Part shown: positions 46,288-55,400 of the stretch, piece after piece
Position numbering within the stretch: position 1 is the stretch's first letter
Layout of the letters: every line of letters starts with the position of its first letter
Virus record (IMG/VR): IMGVR_UViG_3300020470_000561
Coordinates: 1 to 58,149 of that record
Reading direction: 5' to 3' (one strand)
Source: a virus
Taxonomy: Duplodnaviria; Caudoviricetes
DNA: 58,149 nucleotides
The notes under the pieces: model-generated
Database searches by the model: none
Seen by the model: only the letters and a program-made list of their open reading frames with translations
What the model was told of the DNA's origin: nothing
Translations under genes and position numbers: made by a program

Positions 46288-46945
46288 TGATCTCCTCATG
46301 ATATATGTTTATCCAATCGACAAGGGTATCCATGTAAGGATTCTTATCATATCTCTGCTCTACTTGCATAGTACCATCTTCAGCAACAGATAGAGTGACA
46401 AGTTTGTCTACTTCTATACCTGTTAACTCATAATACATGTAAGCATACGCTGCTTCTTGCACAAAGAATTTCTCTAAGTGCTCCACCTTCTTGAGATTCT
46501 TGGTGGTTTTGAAGTCTATAATAGCAAGTTCGTTATCAAACTCAGCAATACAATCAACACGCCCAGCAATCCGTAGAGTGCGAGAGTAAAGAGGGGCTTC
46601 AATAGCATGAATATTGTCAATCCGATCAAGAGTCTCACGAGCAGACCTAAAAAGGTACGTGGGAAGACCCTCGCTCTTTTCAACTTCTTCCAATTCATTT
46701 TTGAGATAATGCTCCACTAAATTATGGTATTGAGTGCCTCGCCATGCAGCAGCACGTCGTACCTTTTCTGCTTCAGCAAAACCTACACGGTTCTGCCACT
46801 CTAGTATACCATGTTTTGACTGGTGGCCAACCACCGTTGTAACACTAGGCATCCAAAGGTCATCGATCTTATAGAAGCGACCATGATCCAACGTCCTACT
46901 CGTCACCTCCTTAAGAGGTTTAGCAGGACCAACATAATTAAACAT
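46274..46945 (-). CDS. PD-(D/E)xK exonuclease
   Basis: PSVTTV, RGT..H, AGRVDCIAE, IIDFKT, QEAAY. Confidence 0.9.
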   Translation of the reverse strand: MFNYVGPAKPLKEVTSRTLDHGRFYKIDDLWMPSVTTVVGHQSKHGILEWQNRVGFAEAEKVRRAAAWRGTQYHNLVEHYLKNELEEVEKSEGLPTYLFRSARETLDRIDNIHAIEAPLYSRTLRIAGRVDCIAEFDNELAIIDFKTTKNLKKVEHLEKFFVQEAAYAYMYYELTGIEVDKLVTLSVAEDGTMQVEQRYDKNPYMDTLVDWINIYHEEINEGN

Positions 46946-47706
46946 TAATCAAATCCCATTTCAATTTTAGTGATGAGGTATTCTCTTATGAAACCAGACC
47001 TCACGATGTCACTGATACCAAACTCTACACATTCAAACGATGGCATAGCTTGTACAATCTTCATAAAGTCTAGCACACCAGACCTCTCATTTGATTTAGT
47101 GAGATCTGATTGTGAATAATCACCTGAGAATATAATCCTGCTATCCTCTCCAACACGAGTGACAATACTGTCTAACTCATGGAAGTTTAGATTGGAGAAC
47201 TCATCTACTATTATAATGGACTTGTCAAGGGTTACACCACGCAAGAATGATGTGGACCAGAAATCTATTGTCTCTTGTCCTCTTAGGTTATCATATAATA
47301 CTTTAAATGATGCTTCATCAGGCATATGGAACATGTATTGTACCATATTTCTGTATGGTATTTGATACAAGTCACTCTTATCCTCATGATCTCCTGGTAG
47401 GAATCCAATCTCCCTTGTAGGGACTAGAGACCTTACCATGTATACCTTTTCATAAGGTGTCTCTGGATTCAATACTGATTGGAGTGCGAGATACAAACTA
47501 ATGAATGTCTTACCAGTACCAGCAGCACCATGCAACACCAAATGTTTACCCTGTTTGTAGGCATCAAATGCTGTTGTTTGGTTATCTGTTAATGGATCTA
47601 TAGTCTTGAGGTGATCAAGATTTATAGGTGGTTTCCTCTTCATTCGTCTGTTGGTCCCGTTACCGTTACCATTTCCGTTGCCGTTCTTTTTCTTACGTGC
47701 TGGCAT
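46945..47706 (-). CDS. phoH: PhoH-family ATPase
   Basis: GAAGTGKT, IGFLPG, LRGVT, IIVDE, GDYSQSD, DIVRSG. Confidence 0.95.
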   Translation of the reverse strand: MPARKKKNGNGNGNGNGTNRRMKRKPPINLDHLKTIDPLTDNQTTAFDAYKQGKHLVLHGAAGTGKTFISLYLALQSVLNPETPYEKVYMVRSLVPTREIGFLPGDHEDKSDLYQIPYRNMVQYMFHMPDEASFKVLYDNLRGQETIDFWSTSFLRGVTLDKSIIIVDEFSNLNFHELDSIVTRVGEDSRIIFSGDYSQSDLTKSNERSGVLDFMKIVQAMPSFECVEFGISDIVRSGFIREYLITKIEMGFD

Positions 47707-47709
47707 GAT

Positions 47710-47940
47710 TTAAGTATACCTCGATAGGTTCGCACCTGGGTGCTTCTCTTGGACTTTGGACATCACTTCTTTGAAACCGTCTGATTGCTTAGGCATTCCG
47801 TAGGTTATACCTCCAGTACCTGCTGACCAGTCCTTGTCCCAATCGGGATTGTCCTTTCTCCATTCATCATATTTTAGCATACTCATGGAGAGTTCTTTCT
47901 TCTCTCCTGTATTCTTATTTATTACTGGATATGTTGGCAT
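47710..47940 (-). CDS. conserved hypothetical protein (FmdB-like MPTY N-terminus)
   Basis: MPTYPV.N..TGE; TAATG coupling to thyX. Confidence 0.75.
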   Translation of the reverse strand: MPTYPVINKNTGEKKELSMSMLKYDEWRKDNPDWDKDWSAGTGGITYGMPKQSDGFKEVMSKVQEKHPGANLSRYT

Positions 47941-48647
47941 TAGTCTATTCGTAAACAAGGTTGAGTGTCACCCCAATCATTATCATAACGACAATCACAG
48001 TCGTCTACATCAGGACACCATCCTAATGCTTTAGATGTGATGGGGAAGTTACAGATGAAGTGGTCACGACATAGGTTTGCTATGTCCATGTGCTCCTTCT
48101 GTGTACCATTGGCAGTGCGTAGTTGTATATAGTGCATCCAACTCCTTACAGAACCAGACATATAGATACGAGTACTAGTAGCCAAGGGGAGCACAAATCT
48201 CGCACACTCTTTTGCAATCCCGCTAGAAAGTAAGTCATTGTAGAGGGCTTGTCCTTCATCAAAGTATTGTTTAATTCGGCCTTGTAAAAAGGCTCGCTCG
48301 GTTTCTGGGATGTCATCTATACTATTCTGTCTATTTTTACTGTCTTGTCTCCTTAACTCAGGTATAACTGGTGGGTCAAGAAGATTAGTGTCTGCATATC
48401 TCTGACTAAACTCTTGGAATGTGAAGCTACGATGCCTTAGTATCTGTGCTGCAATACCACGAGTAGTTTCTATCTGCAAGGTCATGTGTGCTTGCTCAAA
48501 GATAGACCAGTGTCCATGCTTAATACAATACTTTAACAACCCCTCTACTTTAGGGTTGTCTTGATTGTTAGGGTTGGATACTCTTGCTATGTATCCTATA
48601 GTTTTTTCAGCGTCAGGTGTTACCGTGACGAGACATACTTTAGTCAT
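47940..48647 (-). CDS. thyX: flavin-dependent thymidylate synthase
   Basis: HWSIFE, RHRSFTFQEFSQRY, KECARFVLP, TQKEH. Confidence 0.96.
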   Translation of the reverse strand: MTKVCLVTVTPDAEKTIGYIARVSNPNNQDNPKVEGLLKYCIKHGHWSIFEQAHMTLQIETTRGIAAQILRHRSFTFQEFSQRYADTNLLDPPVIPELRRQDSKNRQNSIDDIPETERAFLQGRIKQYFDEGQALYNDLLSSGIAKECARFVLPLATSTRIYMSGSVRSWMHYIQLRTANGTQKEHMDIANLCRDHFICNFPITSKALGWCPDVDDCDCRYDNDWGDTQPCLRID

Positions 48648-48807
48648 TCCAGTGTCTGATTACTCCGCTAATAATAAAACAATTAGTAATGAGATAAGAA
48701 AGGAATATAAGAGTGCGTACGATAACAACGTTGTTGTCATAACGTTTGGTTCTTTCATCAGAGAAACTACCCAACGCATACTTCCATATTCTCCATAATC
48801 TAGTCAT
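48640..48807 (-). CDS. small membrane protein (55 aa, MTRLWRIWKYALGSFSD...IRHWND)
   Basis: Translated by hand; fills the gap and overlaps both neighbours. Confidence 0.75.
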   Translation of the reverse strand: MTRLWRIWKYALGSFSDERTKRYDNNVVIVRTLIFLSYLITNCFIISGVIRHWND

Positions 48808-49045
48808 TCTTCTTCAATAAGATCCTTGAAATTATATACAGTCCCATTGCCGACCAATATCCTAGAGTACCTACTCCAAATAGTCCAGGCATCACTGCAT
48901 TCCAAACTAAGAATAGTATAACAGGAGATATGAATAAGTTTGCTACTGCTGTCACGATTTGCTTACCTAACTCATAATTTTTTTCTTCCTCAGTCATCTC
49001 AGAAGGATCCTTCTTTGGTTTCCTTGGATCAAAGTATACTGTCAT
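48800..49045 (-). CDS. membrane protein
   Basis: Two hydrophobic helices. Confidence 0.75.
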   Translation of the reverse strand: MTVYFDPRKPKKDPSEMTEEEKNYELGKQIVTAVANLFISPVILFLVWNAVMPGLFGVGTLGYWSAMGLYIISRILLKKND

Positions 49046-49587
49046 TCTATAATGTCCTCCAACTTAAAGAGCGATACAAACTCAATCTTATTATGATCCC
49101 AGATCTCATGGTCTTCCATACGATCTACGATAGCAACCACTCTATTAACTGTGAAACCTGCACCACGTAAGACATTAACTGCCTTCATAGCACTGCCACC
49201 TGTAGTAGTTACATCCTCTAGCACTGTAACAACAGCACCCTTCTCAGGTTTATGTCCTTCGATAACTTCCTTTGTACCATATCCTTTAGGATTCTTTCTG
49301 ACAATAAGAGCATCGATGTGACCACCCTTATAGTATGCTCGTTGTGCAACACCACAGACTAATGGGTCACCACCTAGGGTAAGACCACCAACTGCTACTG
49401 ACTTAGGATCTAATTGTTTAAACATCAGTGCTGATAACAATGCGTTACCCTCACATGAAAGAGTTACAGGTTTACAGTTGACATAATGCTCTGACTCCTT
49501 GCCAGATGATAATGTATATTGTCCTCTCTTATATGCTCTCTCCTTTAACAGTTTGAGCAGTGTCGCTCTATGCATACTATCTGTCAT
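49042..49587 (-). CDS. pyrE: orotate phosphoribosyltransferase
   Basis: TLSSG..S..YVN, VRK.PKGYG, PRPP loop VLEDVTTTGGS, VDR. Confidence 0.95.
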   Translation of the reverse strand: MTDSMHRATLLKLLKERAYKRGQYTLSSGKESEHYVNCKPVTLSCEGNALLSALMFKQLDPKSVAVGGLTLGGDPLVCGVAQRAYYKGGHIDALIVRKNPKGYGTKEVIEGHKPEKGAVVTVLEDVTTTGGSAMKAVNVLRGAGFTVNRVVAIVDRMEDHEIWDHNKIEFVSLFKLEDIIE

Positions 49588-49886
49588 TTTTTCTTCTTCT
49601 TTGGAGGTTTGGGTTGAAGATTAAAAAGTGTAGGGTTTACTTGTCCCTTAGTGTATGACATCTTCTTCATACAATCACCGAATACATCATAATAATTGTC
49701 AAAGATAGATACTGATCCACCCATGACAATATCAAACCAAGTATCTCCATCCTTCTCTAATGTGAGAAGCCATGAGTTAGTTGGCAATGATTTATCCTCA
49801 GCAGCATCAGGTGTAACACATGTCTTAATGACAGTGCATCCTTTACCTGAGCTAAGCTGTTCCAGTTGCTCTGGAGTATGTTTCAT
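49584..49886 (-). CDS. conserved hypothetical protein
   Basis: ORF track; ATGA couplings. Confidence 0.75.
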   Translation of the reverse strand: MKHTPEQLEQLSSGKGCTVIKTCVTPDAAEDKSLPTNSWLLTLEKDGDTWFDIVMGGSVSIFDNYYDVFGDCMKKMSYTKGQVNPTLFNLQPKPPKKKKK

Positions 49887-50323
49887 CTACCTCTGTCACC
49901 CCATTGGATGCTAGGGAATGCTTCTTTAACTACAGCATGTGTAATACGATACTTCTTATGAAGTGTCTTATTAACTGCCTTAATTACAACCTCTGCCTCA
50001 TCAGCATGAAGTCCTTCAAGCATTTGAATAAACATATTCTCTACCTTCATGTTAGGTAGTGTATCATCACCACCCTTAAAGAATCGATAGAGTTTTACTG
50101 CTTCCTTTTCTAATAGTGTATGCTCTGTGCCCTTTGGTGCCTCATTCTTACGGTAAGGTACATCCTCACCGAGAGGTACACGTGGTGTCAGACTATCATC
50201 AAAGTTACAGACAAACAAAGACCTCAACGCAGGAGTATTGTTATCCTGTAGGATTTCAATCTTCTTCGCTTTGGTCTTAGCATTATGTGCCTTCTGAAGC
50301 ACTTCAGAAATCATTAATTTCAT
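49883..50323 (-). CDS. conserved T4-like cyanophage hypothetical protein
   Basis: LY.F.KGG and E.MFIQMLEGLH..EAE motifs. Confidence 0.8.
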   Translation of the reverse strand: MKLMISEVLQKAHNAKTKAKKIEILQDNNTPALRSLFVCNFDDSLTPRVPLGEDVPYRKNEAPKGTEHTLLEKEAVKLYRFFKGGDDTLPNMKVENMFIQMLEGLHADEAEVVIKAVNKTLHKKYRITHAVVKEAFPSIQWGDRGR

Positions 50324-50326
50324 AAC

Positions 50327-50572
50327 TTACTCGTCTTCATCATCTACTATATCATCTTCGTCGTGAATACGCAAGTATATTAACTCACCAGGATCAACAG
50401 GACCGTCTTCGTCATACATTTCTGGGTGCATAACCATCGCAGCATACTCTGCTCTCTCCTTCCACTGATCAAAGACATCTTTTATGTTCCATGCTACCAC
50501 AAAACCTAAAAGAAAACTACCTATTGTAAGGAAGAAAGAGATGTAATAAAATTCTACATCGGACATAAGCAT
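50327..50572 (-). CDS. membrane-anchored hypothetical protein
   Basis: Transmembrane segment followed by HPEMYDEDG. Confidence 0.75.
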   Translation of the reverse strand: MLMSDVEFYYISFFLTIGSFLLGFVVAWNIKDVFDQWKERAEYAAMVMHPEMYDEDGPVDPGELIYLRIHDEDDIVDDEDE

Positions 50573-50590
50573 TCCCCCTTACTATTTTTT

Positions 50591-50944
50591 TTATTTAGCA
50601 GACTTTCTGGGTCTCCCAGGTCTACGGTTATCATAATATTCTTGGGCATCATTTATAAGTGTCTCATAATACTTCCTAATCTTACGTGCCTGTGGTTTAG
50701 GCACGTTACTATAGGCTTCAGACATATACTTATCCCTTGCAATGTATTGAGATAACTCATCCACTGCTTGATTTAACTCTCCCATTGAACTTGATTCAAG
50801 TAATTCACCTGTTTGTTTTCGTGTCCACTTGTTACCAGTGAGATACGATTTCATATTAAGAAGGAATCTACCATTAAACATCGCTTCATCGATAGCTCTG
50901 TCAATAATAGTATAAAGTTCCTCTGGGTTAGCGTCACTCATCAT
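50591..50944 (-). CDS. conserved hypothetical protein
   Basis: EAY..V.KPQARKI..Y and RPGR motifs. Confidence 0.75.
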   Translation of the reverse strand: MMSDANPEELYTIIDRAIDEAMFNGRFLLNMKSYLTGNKWTRKQTGELLESSSMGELNQAVDELSQYIARDKYMSEAYSNVPKPQARKIRKYYETLINDAQEYYDNRRPGRPRKSAK

Positions 50945-51195
50945 ACGAATTGATTTTCTCGAAGGTATTTAACAGTTTCGGTACACCCACCCTTTTTTTG
51001 TCCGTTAATGATAACTTGAGGGAAGGTAGCTTGTTGTCCAAACTCACCTTTGAACTGCTCTCTTGTAAAGTTAACATCTAATTTGTATTCTGCATAGCCC
51101 CACCCCTTAGATCTGTAAACTTCTTTAATCTTTGTGCAGTAGGGACACCCTTCTCTAGTATAGATGGCGGTGTTACCAGGAGACTTTTCGGCCAT
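50941..51195 (-). CDS. glutaredoxin
   Basis: CPYC, TFPQV, GGC. Confidence 0.93.
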   Translation of the reverse strand: MAEKSPGNTAIYTREGCPYCTKIKEVYRSKGWGYAEYKLDVNFTREQFKGEFGQQATFPQVIINGQKKGGCTETVKYLRENQFV

Positions 51196-51211
51196 AGTTT
51201 TAATAGTGGAA

Positions 51212-51241
51212 AGAAAAAAGGGTCACCTTAAGTGACCCTTT
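51212..51241 (-). terminator. rho-independent terminator after the porin-like gene
   Basis: AAGGGTCAC-TTAAG-GTGACCCTT followed by TTTTCTTT. Confidence 0.85.
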
Positions 51242-51267
51242 ATATAGTGTGATATTAACCTTCTGTT

Positions 51268-51654
51268 TTAGAATGTGAATTTAACACCAGCCTTAGCACC
51301 CCAGTTAACTAGAGAGTCACCATTGGTGTCCTCATCAGTAGCACCAGAAAGCTCACCGTAAAGAGAAGTTGCGTCAGCAATAGCATAAGATGCACCAACC
51401 TTACCAGAGAAGTCAAGATCTGTATCATCAGCTGCTTCGCTGTGATTAAGAGCAGGACCACCTTGTACGTAGTATGCAAGCTTGCCACCGTTAGTTCCTT
51501 CATAACCTACATGAACGTCTGTAGATGCTGAAGAATACTCTCCATCAGGATAGGAAAGGTTAGTTTCTACATTCACATATGGACCAGCAAAAGCTGCACC
51601 AGCGAGAAGGAATGGAGATGCTGCTACCGCAGCGATTGTTGATTTGATAGACAT
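51268..51654 (-). CDS. small outer-membrane beta-barrel (porin-like) protein
   Basis: Signal peptide MSIKSTIAAVAAS...AAFA, alternating beta strands, C-terminal KAGVKFTF; start trimmed to 51654. Confidence 0.85.
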   Translation of the reverse strand: MSIKSTIAAVAASPFLLAGAAFAGPYVNVETNLSYPDGEYSSASTDVHVGYEGTNGGKLAYYVQGGPALNHSEAADDTDLDFSGKVGASYAIADATSLYGELSGATDEDTNGDSLVNWGAKAGVKFTF

Positions 51655-51667
51655 GTTTTTGTTTAAA

Positions 51668-51770
51668 GTGTCTCGCAAGGATACAAAAAGACCCTGCGGA
51701 TGATAGAAACCCCCGACATGGGGTTCTGTTTTTTCCAACACAGGGTTACGATTGTTTCGAGTCCTTTGTT
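51668..51770 (-). ncRNA. structured 5' leader RNA of the porin-like gene
   Basis: Nested stems ACCCTGTG/CGCAGGGT and AGAACCCC/GGGGGTTTCT, plus crossing pairings AAGGA/TCCTT and CTCG/CGAG. Confidence 0.55.
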
Positions 51771-51776
51771 AAGAAG

Positions 51777-51839
51777 TATTTATAATATCAGGACTTGCGG
51801 TTATCCGTCAACCCCCCTTGTGCCAGTTCTCGAAGTGCA
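51777..51839 (-). promoter_or_regulatory. composite promoter: TTGACG-N18-TATTAT, TATAAATA and upstream palindrome GCACTT-N4-AACTGGCAC
   Basis: Motifs read directly. Confidence 0.65.
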
Positions 51840-52030
51840 TGCATCTTCACAAACTGATCGTTGAGATTGTAGTAGAGTTTATAGTTTACAGTAGTTACAT
51901 AATACCCTGTAATGTCATTGCCATCACAGCAGTATCCATATCCCTGTAGTGGTTCCTCTACACCGTCTATGCGAAAGGTCTTAGTCTTACTACCAAGGTA
52001 GTCATGAAATTTTTCATCGAGATTAATCAT
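51788..52030 (-). CDS. hypothetical protein (MINLDEKF...)
   Basis: Track ORF trimmed to the ATG with an AAGG RBS overlapping the upstream gene end. Confidence 0.7.
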   Translation of the reverse strand: MINLDEKFHDYLGSKTKTFRIDGVEEPLQGYGYCCDGNDITGYYVTTVNYKLYYNLNDQFVKMHALRELAQGGLTDNRKS

Positions 52031-52391
52031 CCTTGTCCTGAGTTTTTGAAAGTTTATCACGTAATTCTGCTTCTTGGTCAGCCGTTAGTGACAATTCTTG
52101 ATCTGGATCGCCCTCTTCCTTTCGTGGATCAATATATTCGGCCATTTTGCCCAGATCTGACTGCAAATCTTCAGGTAGTACGTAGTCATCACCCTTCGGT
52201 TTGTAATCGAGACCTTTGATCTCAGCGATTGGACTCTTCCAGTACCTCTTCATCTTCTTGAGCATCTTTTTCTTACCCTTGGGGTCGTCTTTGTACTGCT
52301 CAATAACTTTCCGAAGCATCTTCAATTGCTTTGAAGACTTCTCAAGAGATCGCTCTGCGTTTGCTTCCCTCGTGTTGAATCCTTGTGACAT
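52023..52391 (-). CDS. hypothetical protein
   Basis: ORF track. Confidence 0.7.
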   Translation of the reverse strand: MSQGFNTREANAERSLEKSSKQLKMLRKVIEQYKDDPKGKKKMLKKMKRYWKSPIAEIKGLDYKPKGDDYVLPEDLQSDLGKMAEYIDPRKEEGDPDQELSLTADQEAELRDKLSKTQDKDD

Positions 52392-52413
52392 AATTATGTA
52401 TGCGTTTCCTGAC

Positions 52414-55400
52414 TTAAGTAGTTACGGATGTGATTATGATCTTAAATTTCACCCTGAATTTGTTTCTATCAGTGGTGAAGTACCATACTGGTGAGGATTT
52501 GTTGTGTGATTCTTGATAGAATGCTTCCTTCGCTGTCCTCTTAACTAGATCATCATCCTCAAACCATGCAACCAGAGGTCGTCCAGGTATCTTAAAGTTT
52601 GATTCGTAGTCAGGATAGTATGGTGTTGTGAGTTGATCCTCTGTCACTGGGTCTCTTATTGGAGGCCATGTGCAGACAAACTCCATCGCTTCAGTGTATC
52701 CTTTACCAGGAGATATAATCTCTAAGATATGTATAGCTGCTTGCCAGTAGTGTACATTTCTAGAGTTAGCACTGAAACTTGCTACGACTGGGTAGAATGT
52801 TATTCCTACTCGTATCTTAGCAGCGTTAGCAAAGTTACTAGCACCTGTGCCAGCAAAATTATCCAGTGTGTAGTCATGTATAAAGGTTACTGGGTTGAAG
52901 TATGTGTCTCTCCATGTTGGAGTGACCTTCCATCCATCCCAGAGATTATCTACAACTGACTGATAACCTGGAGTGCCTTGCTCACCAAGAGTATACCATG
53001 GGACAGCACCCTTTGCAAACGTGGTGGGTGCTGCTTGTAACAATACATCTTTATTAGCAGCAGAGAACTCTCCCACTAGGGTCTCAAACCTAGTGACCAA
53101 GTGGTTCTCTAGAAGGTGATTGTATACACCTGTAAGTTGTCTGTAATTATATGTTGGTAAGATACTATCACTAAAGTATTCATTCTCATCTAGGACATAA
53201 CCTGTATCAATGTATCCGCCAGGTAAGTTAGGCATCAGTGGGTTATTAATATACCTAGACTCGCCTGGTATCTCAGCAGGTATCTGATTGGTACCATGCA
53301 TTGCTACCTTAGTATTACCCACCCATACATTAGTCATTGGATCACCAGGATCTGGTGGTGATAGATCTATCCAACTGTGTGTTGCCTTTGCTCCAGGCTC
53401 CCACTCAAACTCACCCTTATTAGTAGGACGGAATTGCATTGCCAACCCAGTGATCTCTCCAACGTTTGAAGTATTATCTTGGAGATCATTACCTACTGGT
53501 GCACCTTGAGTAGATCCTTGGACATCATCATGTGGAGTGGTACCTAACTGTAACTTAAATACACTGTCAAAGTTAGTGGTCTTCATATCATACAGTCCTA
53601 CCTGTAATGCTATGTCACCTGTAACAGGTCCAACATCTATACTTACTACCTCAAAGGTAAGGTTGTCACCTGACGTTAATACTATGTCAGAAGCATACAA
53701 ATCCTGTCCTATCTTAGGCCAATACGCTGCTTCAAATTGTTTTGTCCAGAGATCTACTCCATTCTTCTTTACCTTCAAGGTAAACTTCATACACTCACCA
53801 AACAATCCACCAGCAATACCACCCATGGATACAAACCTAAAGGTGCCACCAACCTGTGCAGGTATAGTCTGCTCCTTGTTTATCTTAATAGTATATCCCC
53901 CAGTACATTGTGCACACTCATAGTCCACATCATTTGAGTTGATGGTTGGCATCTTCTCACCACAGTCTGTCCTCCTTAGAGTGATATCCCTGAAAGAATA
54001 CTTAAGTATCCTAGAGTCACAAGGACTTTCATTCTGTATCTTCCTCATGATCTTAGGTGGTGCTGCCTTACCATACACATAACATTGGATACCTTCATAG
54101 AAGTAACCACCAAACGACCATGTTAAGTTATGCCATAGTCTTAGGTCATCATAGTCATCGTCACCATTGATAAGGTCTTCCCACATCTGTGAGTTTTTCC
54201 CATGCCACTTAGTCTGATCTTTATCAGTAGGATTCCATCTCTTATCAGAGAAGAGACAGTAATTACTTTGTGCTGTGCTGATACCTACAGCACTATACCC
54301 ATCATTCAATGGAGAGAAGGTCATCTCTTGTGCCACTGACAATGAGTTCTGTCCTCCACCATCAGGTATGAGATAGAAACCCATCGTGCCACCAGCATAT
54401 GGTTCTAGTGTTGCCTTGGGAACGATTGCTCTATAAAGATTGGTACCATTCCTAGCACTTGTTACTACAACTCTACCTACCTTTGGACCTGTATCATCTG
54501 CTAAGTATATTCCTAAAGCGTTATCATATCCTGCTGATCCTTTCTCTACATCCATCTCAATGGTTAGATCAGCAGTAGGATTAGTTGGTACACGATAAGC
54601 AAAGTAATCTGGTATCTTGACAGGGAATCCAGATTCCTCAAAGTTATCGATACTATACATGTGATCGAATGGATTGCTGCAATGATACCTATGTAATGCT
54701 TCTGCTTGCTCATCAGGAGCAAGATAACTTCTCATAACAGTAGCATTAGGGAAGACATGTCCTAATATCTCCCTGAATACCATACCTGAAGCATTCATAG
54801 TTGCTCTCTCACCTGCACCATCAGTGTCAGGCATACCAGGGTTGGTAGTGAGGAATGTATCAGTCTTAGAAGTTGAGTAGTACTTAAAGAGTGGTACCGT
54901 TACACTTGGTATCTCATTCTTTAGTATATAAAATGCATGTCCGTCTGATGTATTGGTATAACCTGCACCAGGCACAGCTGATTGATCGTATGCATGGTCA
55001 CCAGCAGAGATCGCTGCTTCTATTTTAAAGTTACCATTACAATCATTACCATCATAGTCCTTCACACATAGTCTAGTAGCACTATCTTCTACTGTGAAAC
55101 CACCAGTCAATCCATTGTAAGTAACAGATGTGGTACCTGGCACACTGATAGTAATAGTCTCTGTCTGTGACCCACTTCTACCTGACTGGGTAAAAGTGGT
55201 ACCATTAACTACGATAGTAGATAGAGCAGTGCCAGCAGTGCTTGGTCTATCATTCCACCAATACCTCAGCACTACAGTAGCAGTACCTGCAGTACCTGTA
55301 GCAACTAGGTTACCTCCTGAATCAAAGGTTACATTAGCAGGTTGTGCTGCATCTAACTTGGATTCATAGATAGGTATCCTATCTGGATAACAATTCTCTA

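Noticed and set aside
46274-46945. Cas4/CRISPR association of the PD-(D/E)xK exonuclease
   Set aside because: No Fe-S cysteine set and no array; it sits in the usual core position between phoH and gp33.
47655-47690. NGNGNG repeat at the PhoH N-terminus as a contingency locus
   Set aside because: Codons vary, so it is a low-complexity linker rather than a perfect slippage tract.
51655-51741. 29-aa N-terminal extension of the porin-like ORF
   Set aside because: The signal peptide begins at 51654; the upstream region is better explained as a structured leader.
1658-53937. Numerous plus-strand and alternate-frame ORFs in the track (e.g. 30953..31525, 38419..38823, 27574..27813)
   Set aside because: They are shadows of well-supported genes, with no RBS, promoter or recognisable motifs.
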